Positions 15,610 through 29,500 of a stretch of 64,000 bases of DNA are shown in pieces. Under the pieces are notes generated by a model. It was not told the origin of the DNA. It did no database searches and was given only the letters and a program-made list of their open reading frames with translations. The first letter of the stretch is position 1. Each line of letters begins with the position of its first letter. This DNA is from the human T2T-CHM13v2.0 reference genome, Homo sapiens. The stretch is from assembly GCF_009914755.1 (NCBI RefSeq), contig NC_060930.1; one strand, written 5' to 3'. The translations under genes and the position numbers were made by a program.

Positions 15610-17988
15610 TGTATTAGTCCATTCTCACACTGCTATTATAACTACCTAAGAATGGGTAATTTATGAAGAAAAGATTTTTAATTGACTCATAGTTCTGCAG
15701 GGGGTGCAGGAAGTGTGGCTGGGAGGCCTCAGGAAACATACAATCATAAAAAAGGTGAAGGGGAAGCCAATATGCTTTACCATGGCAGAGCAGGAGAGAG
15801 AGAGAGAAAGAGCGAAGAGGGAAGTGCTACACACTTTTAAACAAACAAATCTAATGAGAATTCACTCACTATCACAAGAACAGCAAGAGAGAAATCTGCG
15901 CCCATGATCCAGTTACCTCCCATCAGGTCCCTATCCCAACATTGGGAATTACATTTCGACATGAGATTTGGGTGGGGACACAGAGCCAAACCGTATCATT
16001 CCACCCTTGACCCATCCCAAATATCATTTCTTCTCACATCTCAAAACACAATCATGACTTCCCAACAGTCTCCCAAAGTCTTTATTCATTCCAGTATTAA
16101 CTCAAAAGTCCAAGTCCAAAGTCTCAACTGAGATAAGGCAAGTCTCTTCTGCCTATGAGCCTGTAAAATCAAAAAGAAGTTAGCTACTTCCAAGATACAA
16201 TGAGGGTATAGGCATTGGGTAAATGCTCCCATTCCATAAGGGACAAATTGGCCAAAATAAAGGGGCAACAGGCCCCATGCAAGTCCAAAAGCCAGCAAGG
16301 CAGGCATTAAATCTCAAAGCTCCAAAATAATCTCATTTCACTCCATGTCTCACATCCAAGGCACACTGATACAAGGAGTGGACTCCCAAGGACTTCGGCA
16401 GCTACAACCTAGTGACTTTGCAGGATATAGCCCCCACGGCTGCTTTCACGGGCTGGTGTTATGTGTCTGTAGCTTTTCCAGGCACATAGTGCAAGTTGTC
16501 AATGCATCTAACATTCTGGGGTCTGGAGGATGATGGCCTTCTTCTCACAGTTCCACTAGGTAGTGCCCCAGTGGAGACTCTGTGTGGGAGCTCAAACCCC
16601 ACATTTCCACTCTGCACTTCCTTAGTAGAGATTCTCCATCAGGGCTCCACCCCTGCAGCAGACTTCTGCCTGGACATCCAGGTGTTTCCATACAGCTTCT
16701 GAAATCTAGGCAGAAGCTCCCAAACCTCAGCTCTTGCCTTCTGTGCACCTGCAGCCAACACCATGTGGAAGCCACCAAGGCTTGGGGCTTGTACCCTCTG
16801 AAGCAATGGCCCAAGCTGTACCTTGGACCCTTTTAGCCATAACTGGAACTGGAGCAGCTGGGATGCAGAGCACCATGTCCTGAGGCTGCACAGAGCAGCT
16901 GGGCCCTGAGCCTGGCCCACAAAGTTATTTTTCCCTCCTAGGCCTCCAGGCTAGGGGCCTGCTGCAAACGTCTCTGAAATGCCCTGAAGACATTTCCCCC
17001 ATTATCTTGGCTATTAACATTTGGCTCTTCTTTACTTATGCAAATTTCTGCAGGTTTGAATTCCTCCCGAGAACATGGATTTTCATTTTCTACTGCATGG
17101 TTGGGCTGCAAAATTTCCAAATTTTTATGCTTGGCTTCCCTTTGAAATATAAGTTTTAGTTTCAGGTTATTTTGTTGTTTATGCAAATAAATGAAAGCTT
17201 TTAGAAGTAGCCAGGCCACATCTTGAATAGTTTGCTCTTTAGAAATTTCTTCTACCAGATACCCTAAATAAGCTCTCTCAAGTTCACAGTTCCACAGATC
17301 TCTAGAGCAAAGGAACAATGCTGCCAGTCTCTTTGTTAAAGCATAGCAGGAGTGACCTTTACTCCAGTTCCCAGTAAGTTCCTTATCTCCCTCCGAGACC
17401 ACCTTAGCCTGAACTTCACTGTCTATGTCACTATCAGCATTTTGGTCAAAGCCATTCAACAAGTCTCTAGAAAGTTCCAAACTTTCCTTCATCTTCCTGT
17501 CTTCTTCTGATCCCTCCAAACTGTTGCAGCCTGTGCCCATTACCCCAGTTCCAAAATTGCTTCCAAATTTTCAGGGATCTTTATAGCAATGCCCCACTTC
17601 TCTAGTACCGAATTTCTGTACTAGTCTGTTCTCACACTGCTATACAGAACTACCTGAAACTGTGTAATTTATGAAGAAAACATGTTTAATTGACTCACAA
17701 TTCCATGGGAAGCATGGCTGGGAGACCTCAGGAAACTTACAATAATAGTGGAAGGGAAAGGGGAAGCAAGAATGTGGTACCATGGCAGAGCAGGAGAGAG
17801 AGAGCAAAGCGGAAAGTGCTACACTCTTCTAAACAAACAGATCTCATGAGAACTCACTCACTATCACAAGAATAGCAAGGAAAAGTCTGCCCCATTATCC
17901 AATCACCTACCATCAGATCCCTCCCTTAACACTGGGAATTACAATTTGACATGAGATTTGCTTGTGGATACAGAGCCAAACCATATCA
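15610..17988 (-). mobile_element. complete THE1D-like ERVL-MaLR element: LTR 15610-15998, internal 15999-17616, LTR 17617-17988
   Basis: Two homologous LTRs, TGTA(T/C)TAGTC...CAGAGCCAAACC(G/A)TATCA, flank a ~1.6 kb internal region. 5-bp TSD GACAG/GAGAG with one mismatch. Confidence 0.95.
16938..17540 (-). pseudogene. remnant of the MaLR internal ORF, 200 open codons
   Basis: NSLEGSEEDRKM...LLNGFDQNADSD...GNWSKGHSCYAL...DLWNCELE...LGYLVEEISK matches the typical THE1/MST internal ORF translation. Confidence 0.8.
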
Positions 17989-18169
17989 GAGAGGAACCCC
18001 TTTGAACACTGGAGATTTAGCAGAGAACAAAAACCCTCCACTCTTGCAGTTTGCCTTCCATTGTGTGCTGGTGAAGTAAGGGGTGATAGAGAAGATAAAA
18101 AATTATAAGTGTTGTAAGGAAAAATAAAGCAGAAAAGGGATCAAAAGAATGATAGCAGAGGCTGAAGAA

Positions 18170-18450
18170 CTAATGAGAGTGTAATGACAAATAGAGTTGT
18201 TGGGAAAACCAACAGAGGAGATGGTATTTTAGACATGATGGAGGTGAGGGAATGAGACATAAGAATTTCTGCAAAAGAATGTCTCATACAGAAGAAATAA
18301 GTGAAAAATCCCTGAAGCAGGAGCAAGCATAGCATGTTCAGGGCACAGTAGGATCAGTATAATATGGTGAGTGAGGAAAATCTGATCAGAGTTTACAGTC
18401 AGCCCTATCACATGAAGTGAAGTCAATCACTGCAAAACTTTGGCTTTTAC
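18170..18450 (-). mobile_element. L2 fragment
   Basis: GAGGTGAGGGAATGAG...CCTGAAGCAGGAGCAAGC...GCATGTTC...ACTTTGGCTTTTAC. Confidence 0.55.
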
Positions 18451-18706
18451 CTTCATATGACTGTAAAATGATACTTTGGCTGAAATGTAATGCAATATTG
18501 TTAAGACTTTGGCTTTTGCTGTCATATCACTGTGATATTCTGGGATTGGAATGGACTCTTTGCCAAGGACTCAAATACTGTCATCAGAATTATATTTCTT
18601 GTTCTCCTTTCTTCGTTTCTATCTTCTTCTCAGTTGTCTATTTCTCCCCTCAAGCCACAAGTAGGAGAAATGGACCCGACCAAACCCCATGGCTTATGTG
18701 ATTCTT

Positions 18707-19040
<334 letters not shown>

Positions 19041-19269
19041 TAGCAATTTCATAAATAGGGAGACTTTCTCCTAATATTCATATCAGTTGCCCCCCCCAGG
19101 CTCCAATGGTACACTTAGGGTCATGTGTCCAGCTCCATTGTGAGGACCCTGGACCAGTTAAACAACAGTCTCATCCAAATCACATGGAATAGGAGAGGAG
19201 CGCTCCAAAAAGGAAAGAATACAGGATTTTTCAAAAGTTAGAGAGGTCCATCAATACTGTGTGACAATG

Positions 19270-19420
19270 GAAAAGTTATAACACTCTTCAGCCTCAGTCT
19301 CTTCCTTAGTAAATTTGGGGAACTGATGCTTACCTCATAGGATTGCTGTGAGTAGTACATTAGAAAGTATTAGCAAAATGCTTTCTCTAAATGGGCACTA
19401 AATGTTAACCATTACTACAA
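19270..19420 (+). mobile_element. MIR
   Basis: AGCCTCAGTCTCTTCCTTAGTAAA...TACCTCATAGGATTGCTGTGAG. Confidence 0.7.
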
Positions 19421-22400
19421 TATTGACAACTGTCTTTGGAAACTCTAATATATATTATAAAGCAATAAGTATTAAATTTTAAATTTCCAGTTATATTGGA
19501 GAGTATATTGTTCTTTCCAAGGCAAAATAGAATCTTACAAACTGAAATTTATAGAGAAAGTTCAGAACTTATAATAGTGAAGGTCCTATTATTTACATCA
19601 AAGTCATCTGGTTAGGGTTATCAAGAGTACTGATTTCCTTTTCAAACAAAAAATCTAACCACTGCATTGATAACAGGGACGAACATTTGACATGAGAATT
19701 GACTAAAAACCCACTTAGCTTCCACAGCTTTGACCCTTCACCAGAGCATATGTTCTCATTCCCTGCCAGGTAGTATCTCATCTAACGGTTTTGTTGTCCC
19801 CTAATAACATAAGGGGGACCACATATGATACATGGTTGTATAATTATAGCCACAGGATGGAAGATAGTGGACACAGGATTAAAGACAAAGAGTTTTTGAT
19901 ATTAAGCATGTTAATTCCCTTTTACCACACTCATTTTTCTAGGGTCCAAATATTCCTGGAAATCTCTTTCAGGGGTTTGGTTTTCCAGATGAAAATGTGC
20001 CAGCATTACACTATATTCTAAAACAACTCAGTAAGTTCTTGAGAGCTGTTTTTATTGTGAATACAGTCCTTTTCCTGATTTTTAAAAATAAATTACCATG
20101 GGAACACTTTAATTCTGCATATTGTGAAGAGTCAGGTGCTATCATGGACATTAAAAGAGGAAAAAAATTCCAACTTTCAGAAGCCAAGTATACACCAACA
20201 ATATTTTGATTTAATCCTTCATGCCTGGCTTCTGATTACTTCTAGCTCAGATGATAGAAAGCAATTTTCAGCTAAGTGCTTAACTCCAGAAGTTTGCTTT
20301 CACATCTGGACCTCCAGGGCCCTACTTATATATCCCATCATGTAAAGTGTCTCCACAATTCTCTGCTTTTCTTGGAAGAACACATCCACAGAGAGTTTGC
20401 ATGACTTTCCATTTCAATCACTACATTAAGCCCAAAACTCTGAAGTTCTTCTTGCTTTCTCTACTTTTTGAACTACTACATTTCCTATGACAAAAGGAGA
20501 AAAGATAAAAATTCATTCTTGCAATTTAATTTCTGTCACACTAGATGTATTTATCTGTTTAATCAAAACTAACAGAGAACTCCGAGGTATGCATTGCTGA
20601 TCAGTTTACAACTGTAAAATGAAATTAAAATCGACTTCGGCAAAATGACTGTGACAAATTTCATACATGGCATGTAGGAAGAAACTGAAAAGCCATGGGT
20701 GACTGAATAGATGATCCAAATCTTGGAATAGAGATAAATAAATAAGAATGAACTATCCTTGACAGTGTATTTTTAAAAAAAGTATTCTGGAACCTAGAGC
20801 ATCCTCATGAAACAAATTGTGGCTCACATAAAGAATCATCGGAAGGTCATGGTCAGTGGTCATTTCTGATTCCCTATCATAGATACACCTTTTCATAGAA
20901 ATTATGAAAAATATACACAGCATTAGTTTGTAGTTACAATGATGAAATCTGAGGATCTCAGTGAAAACCTTGGACCACATTATGAAATAAGAGAAAATGT
21001 ATAGATAAACTCTACATAGAACAATGTGGCCAAAATTGACAGCAAGACAATATCAGTAACATTTAAAATGGATTCTGTATCATTATGACTCAATCAATTT
21101 GAAAAAGTATGTTTAATATGCTAGTGACTTGTAAGCTGTTTCACAAATGATTTTAAAATTTGGGGAAAGTTTGCATTGTTCCCCTAACTAGGGTCCCCCC
21201 CTACCCCTCAGCTTTATTAAGGTAAAATTAACTAATAAATATTGTATATATTTATGGTACACAACCAGATGTTCTGATATATGTATACACTGTAAAATGA
21301 TGAACACAATCTACCTAGTTAACATGTCCATCATACCACATAATCATCATTTTTTTGTTCTGAGAACATTTAAGATCTACTACATTAGTAATTTCCAAAT
21401 AGAAAATATGTTATTATTTCTAGAATCACCAAGCTATAAAATCGATCTCCAGATCTTCCTCATCCTACCTAACTGAAACTTTGTACCCTTTGGCCAACAT
21501 CTCGTCATTCTTCTACCTCAGCTCCTGAAAACCCCCACCATTTTAGTCTCTGCTTCTATGATTTCTACTGTTTTAGATTCCACTTATAGTTGAGATTAGG
21601 CAAAATTTGTCTTCCTGTGTCTTGTGCCTGGATTATTTCACTTAGCATAATATCCTTCACTTTTATCCATGTTGTTGCAAATAAAAAGACATCCTTCTAC
21701 TTAAAAGATGGACAGTAATCTATTGTAGTGTGTGTATTGCACTTTGTATCCATTCATCCAAAGGTGGACACTTAGGTTGATTCCAAATCTTGTCTATTGT
21801 GACTAATGCTGCAATCAACATGGAGGTGTAGGTGCCTCTTTGAGATACTGATTTTATTTCATTTGGTTATATACCCAGAAACAGGTTTGCTGGATCATAT
21901 GCTAGTTCTATTTTGAACTCTTTGAGGAACCTACGTGCTTTTTTTTTTTTTTACTTTTATTTTAAGTTCAGGGGTACAGGTGCAGGATGTGCAGGTTTGC
22001 CACATAGGTAAATGTGTCATGGGGAGTTGTTGTACAGATTATTTCATCACCCACGTATTAAGGCTAGTATTCATTTTTTCTGATCCTCTCCCTCCTCCCA
22101 TCGTCCACTCTCCAATGGGCCCCAGTGTGTGTTGTTCCCCACTAAGTGTCCATGTGTTCTCATGATTTAGCTCCCACCTATAAGTGAAAACTCATGCTGT
22201 ATTTGGTTTCTGTTCCTGAGCTAGTTTGCTAAGGATAATGGTCTCCATCTCCATCCATGCCCTGCAAAGGACATGATCTCATTCTCGCTTTTGGCTGCAT
22301 ACTATTCTATGGTGTATATGTACCACATTTTCTTTACACAGTCTGCCATTGATGGGCATTTAGGTGAATTCCATGTCTTTGCTATTGTGAAGAGCACTGC

Positions 22401-22624
22401 AATAAATATACATGTGCACATGTATTTATAATAGAATGATTAATATTCCTTTGGGTATATACCCAGTAATGGGATTGCTTCATTCAATGGTATTTCTGTG
22501 TTTAGGTCTTTGAGGAATCGCCACAGTGTCTTCCACAATGGTTGAACTAATTTACACTCACACCAACAGTGTATAGGTCTTCCTTTTTCTCCACAACTTC
22601 GCCAGCGTCTGTTATTTTATGACT

Positions 22625-22930
<306 letters not shown>

Positions 22931-23139
22931 TGACTTTTTAACAATAGCCATTTTGACTGCTATGAGATGGTATCTCATTGTGGTTTTGATTTGCATTTCT
23001 CTAATGATTTGTGGTGTTTAGCTTTTGTTTATATGATTGTTGGCTGCATATATGTCTTTTTTTTGATAAGTGTCTATTCTTGTCCTTTGCCTACTTTTTT
23101 ATAACATAAAATTTTATTTATATAAAATTATTGAAATAA

Positions 23140-23535
23140 CAAAATTGTATAAACAGAGAACAAATTAATGGTTGCCAGAAGTTAAGGGGAAGATAGAAAT
23201 TGGAGGGAAGTGCATGTGGCTATACGTGGACAATAAGAAGGATCTTCGTGGAGATGGAGTATTCTGTATCTTGACACTATCAGTGTCAATATCCTGATTG
23301 TGATATTATACTACAGTTTTGAAGGTGGGTAGTGGGAAAAACCTGGGTAACAGGTACATGAGAAAATCTTGGAAAAGCTGGGAACAGCTGGGAAAAGCTG
23401 GGTAACAGGTACATGATAAAAGCTGGGAAAAGCTGGGTAACCGGTACATGAGACCTCTATTATTATTTCTTACAACTGCATGGGAATCTATGCTTATCTC
23501 AAAACTAAAGAAAAAAGAAAAGAAAAGAAAGAAAA
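23140..23535 (+). mobile_element. L1MD/L1MC-like 3'UTR fragment embedded in the L1PA
   Basis: TTAATGGTTGCCAG...TTCTGTATCTTGAC...GTCAATATCCTGATTGTGATATT...ATTATTTCTTACAACTGCATG followed by an A-rich tail. Confidence 0.75.
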
Positions 23536-26500
23536 ACACATAAAGCAATAGTAAAACTGTGTTGATGGGTAAAAGGGATTACTTGTGTTTTTTTTGTAAA
23601 TATATTTAAGTTCCTTATAGATGCTGGATATTAGATCTTAATGAGATGCATAGTCTGTAAAAATTTTCTCCCATGTTATAGGTTGTCTGTTTACTCTGTT
23701 CATAGTTCCTTTTGCTGTACAGAAGCTCTTAAGTTTAATTAGATTTTATTTGTCAACTGTTGCTTTTGTTGCAATTACTTTTGCTGTCTTCATCATAAAA
23801 TCTTTGCCTATGCCTATGTCCTGAATGGTATTGCCTAACCTGTCTTCCAGGGTGTTTGTAGTTTTGGGTTTTACATTTAAGTTTTCAATCCATCTTGAGT
23901 TAATTTTTGTATATGGTGTAAGGAAGAGATTCAGTTTCAGTTTTTTTTTTTTTTTTTTTTTTTTTGCATATGGCTAGCCAGTTATCCCAGCATCATTTAT
24001 TGAATAGGAAATCATTTCCCCTTTGCTTATTTTTGTCAAGTTTTTCGAAAATCAGATAGTTGTAGGTGTGCAATCTTATTTCTTGGTTCTCTAATCTGTT
24101 CCATTGGTCTATGTGTCTGTTCTAGTACAAGTACCATGCTGTTTTGGTTAATGTAGCTTTGTAATATAGTTTGAAGTCAGGTAATGTGATGTCTACAGCT
24201 TTGTCCTTTTTGCTTAAGATTACCTTAGCTATTCAGGCTCTTTTGTAGCTCCATAAAAATTTTTAAATTGTTTCCTCTAGTTGTGTGAACAATGTCAGTG
24301 GTAGTTTAATGGGAATAGCATTGAATCTATAAATTGCTTTGGGTGGTATGGCCATTTTAATAATATTGATTCTTTCTATCCATGAGCATGGAATGTTTTT
24401 TCATTTGTTTATATCATCTCTGATTTATTTGAATGGTGGTTTGTAGTTCTCTTTGTAGAGATCTTTCAACTTCTTTGTTAGCTGTAATCCTAGATAGTTT
24501 ATTCTTTTGGGGGCAATTGTGAATGGGAGCTCATTTGTGATTTGGCTCTTGGATTGACTGTTGTTGGTGTACAGGAATGCTAGTGATTTTTGCACATTGA
24601 TTTTCTATCCTGAGACTTTGCTGAAATTGCTTATCAGCTTAAGAAGCTTTGTGGGTGAGACAATGGGGTTTTCTGGATATAGAATCATGTAATCCACAAA
24701 CAGGGATAGTTTGACTTCCTCTCATCCTATTTGAATACGCTTTCTTTCTTTCTCTTCCCTGACTGCCCTGGCCAGAACTTCCAATGCTATGTTGAATAGG
24801 AGTGTGAGAGAGGGCATCCTTGTCTTTTACTGCTATTCAAGTGGAATGCTTCCAGCTTTTGTTCATTCAGTATGATGTTGGTTGTGGGTTTATCATGTAT
24901 GCCTCTTGTTATTTTGAGGTATGTTCCTTTAATACCTAGATTATTTTTTAACATGAAGGGATGTTGAGTTTATCAAAATCATTTTTTATATCTATTGAGA
25001 TAATCATGTGGTATGGTCTTTGGCTCTGTTTGTGTGATGAATCACACTTATTGATTTACATATATTGAACCAACCTTGCATGTCAGGAATGAAACCTACT
25101 TGATTGTGGTTATTAAGCCTTTTGATGTGCTGTTAAAATCAGTTTGTCACGTTTTGTTGAGGATTTTTGCATTGATGTTCATCAAGGATACTGGCCTGAA
25201 GTTCTCTTTTTTTGTTGTGTCTTTCCCTGGTTTTGATATCAGGATTATGCTGGTCTCATAGAATGAGTTAGGAAGAACCTCCTTTTCAATTTTTTGGAAT
25301 AGTTTCAGTAGGAATGGTACCAGCTCTTCTTGGTACATCTGGTAGAATTCAACTGTGAACCTGTGTAGTCCTGGGGCTTTTTTTTTTGTTTTTGTTTTTT
25401 TTTTGGTTGGTAGGCTATTTATTACTGCCTCAATTTTAGAACTCATTATTGGTCTGTTCAAGGATTCAATTTCTTCCTGGAAGGGTGTATGTGTCCAGGT
25501 CTGGGAAGGGTATATGTGTCCAGAAATTTATCCATTCTAGATTTTCTAGTTTATGTGCATAGATGTGTTTATAATATTCTCTGATGGTTCTTTTTATTTC
25601 TGTGGGTAACAATGTTTGTGCTAATTTACATTCCCACCAACAGTGTACAAAGTTTCTCTTTTCTCCATGTCCTTACTAAGACTTATCTTTTGTCTTTTTT
25701 ATAATAGCCATCCTATTAGATGTATTTTTTGCATTTTCCTGACGATTAATAATGTTGAACACATTTCCATATATCTCTTGGCCATTTGTATCTATTCTTT
25801 TGAGAAATATCTAGTCAGGTCTTTTGCCCATATTTAATTGGATTATTTGTTTACTTGCTGTCAAGTTAGCTTAAGTTCATTATGTATTTTGGATATTAAC
25901 TTTTATTGGATGAATGGCTTACAAACATTTTCTCCCAATCTGTGGATTGTCTTTTCACTCTGTTAATGGTTCCTTTGTTTTGCAGACACTTGTTAGTTTG
26001 ATGCAGTCCCATTTGTCTACTTTTCTTTTGTTGCCTGTGTTTTTAGGGTCTTATCCAAAAAAATCTTTGTTGAAACCAACATGAACATGCTTACTCCCTG
26101 TGACTTATTCTAATAGTTTTACGGATTCAGAACTTATATTTAAATATTTAATGTTATCAGTTTATCTTGGTATGTTATATGAAATAAAGGTCCAATTTTA
26201 TTCTGTGTGTGGATATACAGCTTTCCCAACACTATTATTCTAGCTGGGTTTTAAGACATTTTTCTCCTTATCAGTAGAGTATGAAATAACATTGTAAACA
26301 TTTAAAAGAAGGAATGGAGTCATTGTCAAAAAATAAAATTATAGGGTAGCATTGTAACAGAAAACTAATGATTGATAGTTTTATGTCCTTAGTTATAAAA
26401 AATAACATGGATATAATCTGAGTTTGAAAAATAAAAAGTAGTGGGGTATTTCCTCAAAGGATGGAAGGTAATCAACATAGACAAATATTTTGGGGTTGAG

Positions 26501-29500
26501 GAAAGTATCTCTTAGATATGGTGCGTATTTAGAGAAACACATTGCCATTTCTAGAATTTACATGTATACTTAGGATCACTTAAACTATCGACTTTTTAAA
26601 AAACTAATGCTAAAGTTCTAATATTCATTTAGCATACAGAAGGAATTTATTAATTTTGGTAAGGTAGATGCAACTTTTATAAAATCGAATAGAAAAAATG
26701 AGAAAAAAATATGACATGTTTAATTTGTAGCAAGATTGACTTAAATACTAACTAAACTCATTTTTACTTTACATGTTGTTGTCATGATTTCAGGTAAGTT
26801 TATAAGCTGGAAAACCTCCTGTTTTCCAGGTTATTACACATTCATTAAAATGCATCAACAGATAAATAGAAAATAGCCTGTAATTTTTAGATTGTTCATA
26901 ATGAACAAATCAACAATTCTAAGATTGTTCATTAATTCAGAAAACAGCCTTTAGTTTCAAACAATTGCTTAGTTATTTCTTGATGATGATCTCTCTAGAG
27001 AACTTTTACTTCCAAATGACTAAATTCAGAGCTCAACTCAACGATTAATGTAGCTATAAACTATTAACATAAACCACTATATGGTGCAGAGCCTCCCCAT
27101 TTATTCATCGCCCCTAAGAAATTCTCCAGTCTTAAAATGAACACAGTTTACTCTGAAAAGGGCAGATACTTTAAAGACTATGTATTTATAAAGCCCACTA
27201 TTTTGTTTTATCACACCTTTGGGTACCTTGAATTACTGGTATTTTTACAATAATGAGTTGAACTTGGAAAAACTTACTTTAAAATAAGTGCTATTGTATT
27301 CTATTCTTACTCCAATATTCATTCAAAACTCTGCAGACATTTTCTGTGCTGGTAAATCCCAGAGAACTGGTATGTTTACCTATTTAAAATTACAAAGATT
27401 AAAATACATTGGCATTCATCATGAAGCAATAGGATTTACGAATAAGAAGCTCAAGAAAAAGTATTTTACTCACAGTTTCTCTTATATTGATAAAGGCTAT
27501 GAATTTTATGGAAAATTCTGTTAAAAAATAATTAAAGGTAACAGCTCGAACTGTAACTTATTACAAAAATTAAGGTAGGTCTTCATAATGTTTCCTTTCT
27601 TATCAGCGTTTCTTCAGTGCTGGCAGATCCAAGAGAAAAAAAATATTGAAATTCTATACTTGGAATAGTTACAATGGTTTATTGTAAATGGACAGGATAA
27701 TTTTATTTCTGCTACTGTTGGTTATCTGAGCTCTTCAAACTTAAACCTGGGATTGGGATTAAATAATGGTTTGACTTTGTTTAGGTCCACTTTCTTGTAA
27801 TCACTTCTTGTTGACATCAAAGAACAAAAAGCAAGGGCATTGAATCTGCAGGCTTGCCTTGTAAGAAAACACATGGAATAAAGCTCCATTTTTCAGGGGA
27901 CAAAATGCATTCTTCATTTTCATGACAAGATTTCTTGGAAATAGATCAGCATTATAAGGCAAGGCAAAAAAAGCAAAATGAAACTAAAGTTTAATGCTCT
28001 GCTGCAATGGCATTGAGGCACTGACCTTAGATCTGGACCAGAAAGGCTCATCCTATGTCCTGCACTGCAGAGTACCTTCCTATCACAAAGAAAAAACACC
28101 TAAACCTAAAGACATATTTGTTGATCTTTTAAGCTTTTTTTTTTTGTAGTTCAGTTACTGGTTAATATTAATAGATTGAGAAGGTTACCTGAGCTGAAAT
28201 GAGCCCCCAGGCCAGAGAATGTAACATTGAATACTTGAATACAGAGGTAGAAAATAGGGGAGAAAATCACAGTGTCTGTGTTGAAAAACTGAAGAATTTA
28301 AATAAAGATAGTTTTCAAAATCATCCAATTATGTGTGTCTTAGTAGAGTGGGTTCTGCCAACAACCAGACAACTGTGGTCCTCCTCTATGCAGCTTTAGT
28401 CATCTAGTTTGGAGAGGCACCTAGATGCCTAGAAACCCCGAGCTGGAAAAGAGAAGTGAATGGATGGTAAACTGACCATGGTTCCTTGGGAAGTGTGTCT
28501 ACCCTGTCTTAATCCCAATTCGGGTGGTTTTGGTCACTGCCCAGGAGATCTTGGTCTGAGCCCAGGTTTTCCAAGTCCTGTCCTAGCATATCCAATTCAC
28601 TCAAACTCACAGTCAGCAGAAAAGAGCTAATTTTGCCTCCTGGGTGTAAGGGCCATCACCAGGGAGTAAGCTGGGGGTCCTGTGTGGGAATATGAACAGG
28701 GAGATGGATATGAGTTGATTTATAAGTAAGTTTTAAATATTTAAGAAATCCAATACAGTAGTCTTATCTGTACTTTTGCCCTACACAGGGATGAGAACGT
28801 TCTGCATTTTGCTGGCATATTCAGGCATATTCTGCAGTTTGTCTTCTTCCAAACTGTTGTACTTTTTGTACACTGATTTTCCATAGGCTTTTTTTTTGTC
28901 CAAATTAATGAATAATCTTCTTCTATTCTTGATTATAATAACTTGTCCCAGTGTAACTTAAAATTTTCTCCACAAAATAATTTTAAAATTAAATGAAAAA
29001 GACAACCTTTCAACTGTGCCCTTGAGAGTGTCCTGTTCCATGTGAAAGGCACTAGCCTCTGAAAGTAGCTGCTGAGGAAGGCTCGGCAGGACATGCCTAA
29101 GCAGCTTAGACTCCACACCACTGTGGGTGTTAAACACGTACGGGAGAAAGGTCTCAGGAAAGGGCTTTTGTGAACGGAAGGGTTAGAGCTGTCGGCCTCA
29201 GTGCTGCCACTAGGGTCTTATTAGGCACTTCAACAACAGCCTCTCCATCCATTTTCATAGGAAATCTCATAGCCACTTATAGTTACTTAGCAATGACTTA
29301 AAAGACCCTGCTGACTCAGACTTTCTCCCTTGGCTGATAGTATGTTACCATTGTACCCTTTTCTCCTTACCATGACCTGTTGGAGATCTTTTTATTTCAT
29401 CTTTTACTGGTCAAATGGCAAGCAGGAATTAATGTTGCTTAAAGCACTGTAAATATGAGGAAGTACCAGTGTACTGGGATCTCAACAGAGAGATTAAATT

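Noticed and set aside
23333-23452. CRISPR-like repeat-spacer array
   Set aside because: The spacers are themselves repeats of a 10-mer, the context is primate retroelement DNA, and there are no cas genes.
29089-29108. p53 site GGACATGCCT
   Set aside because: Only one good half-site. The adjacent decamer lacks the CWWG core.
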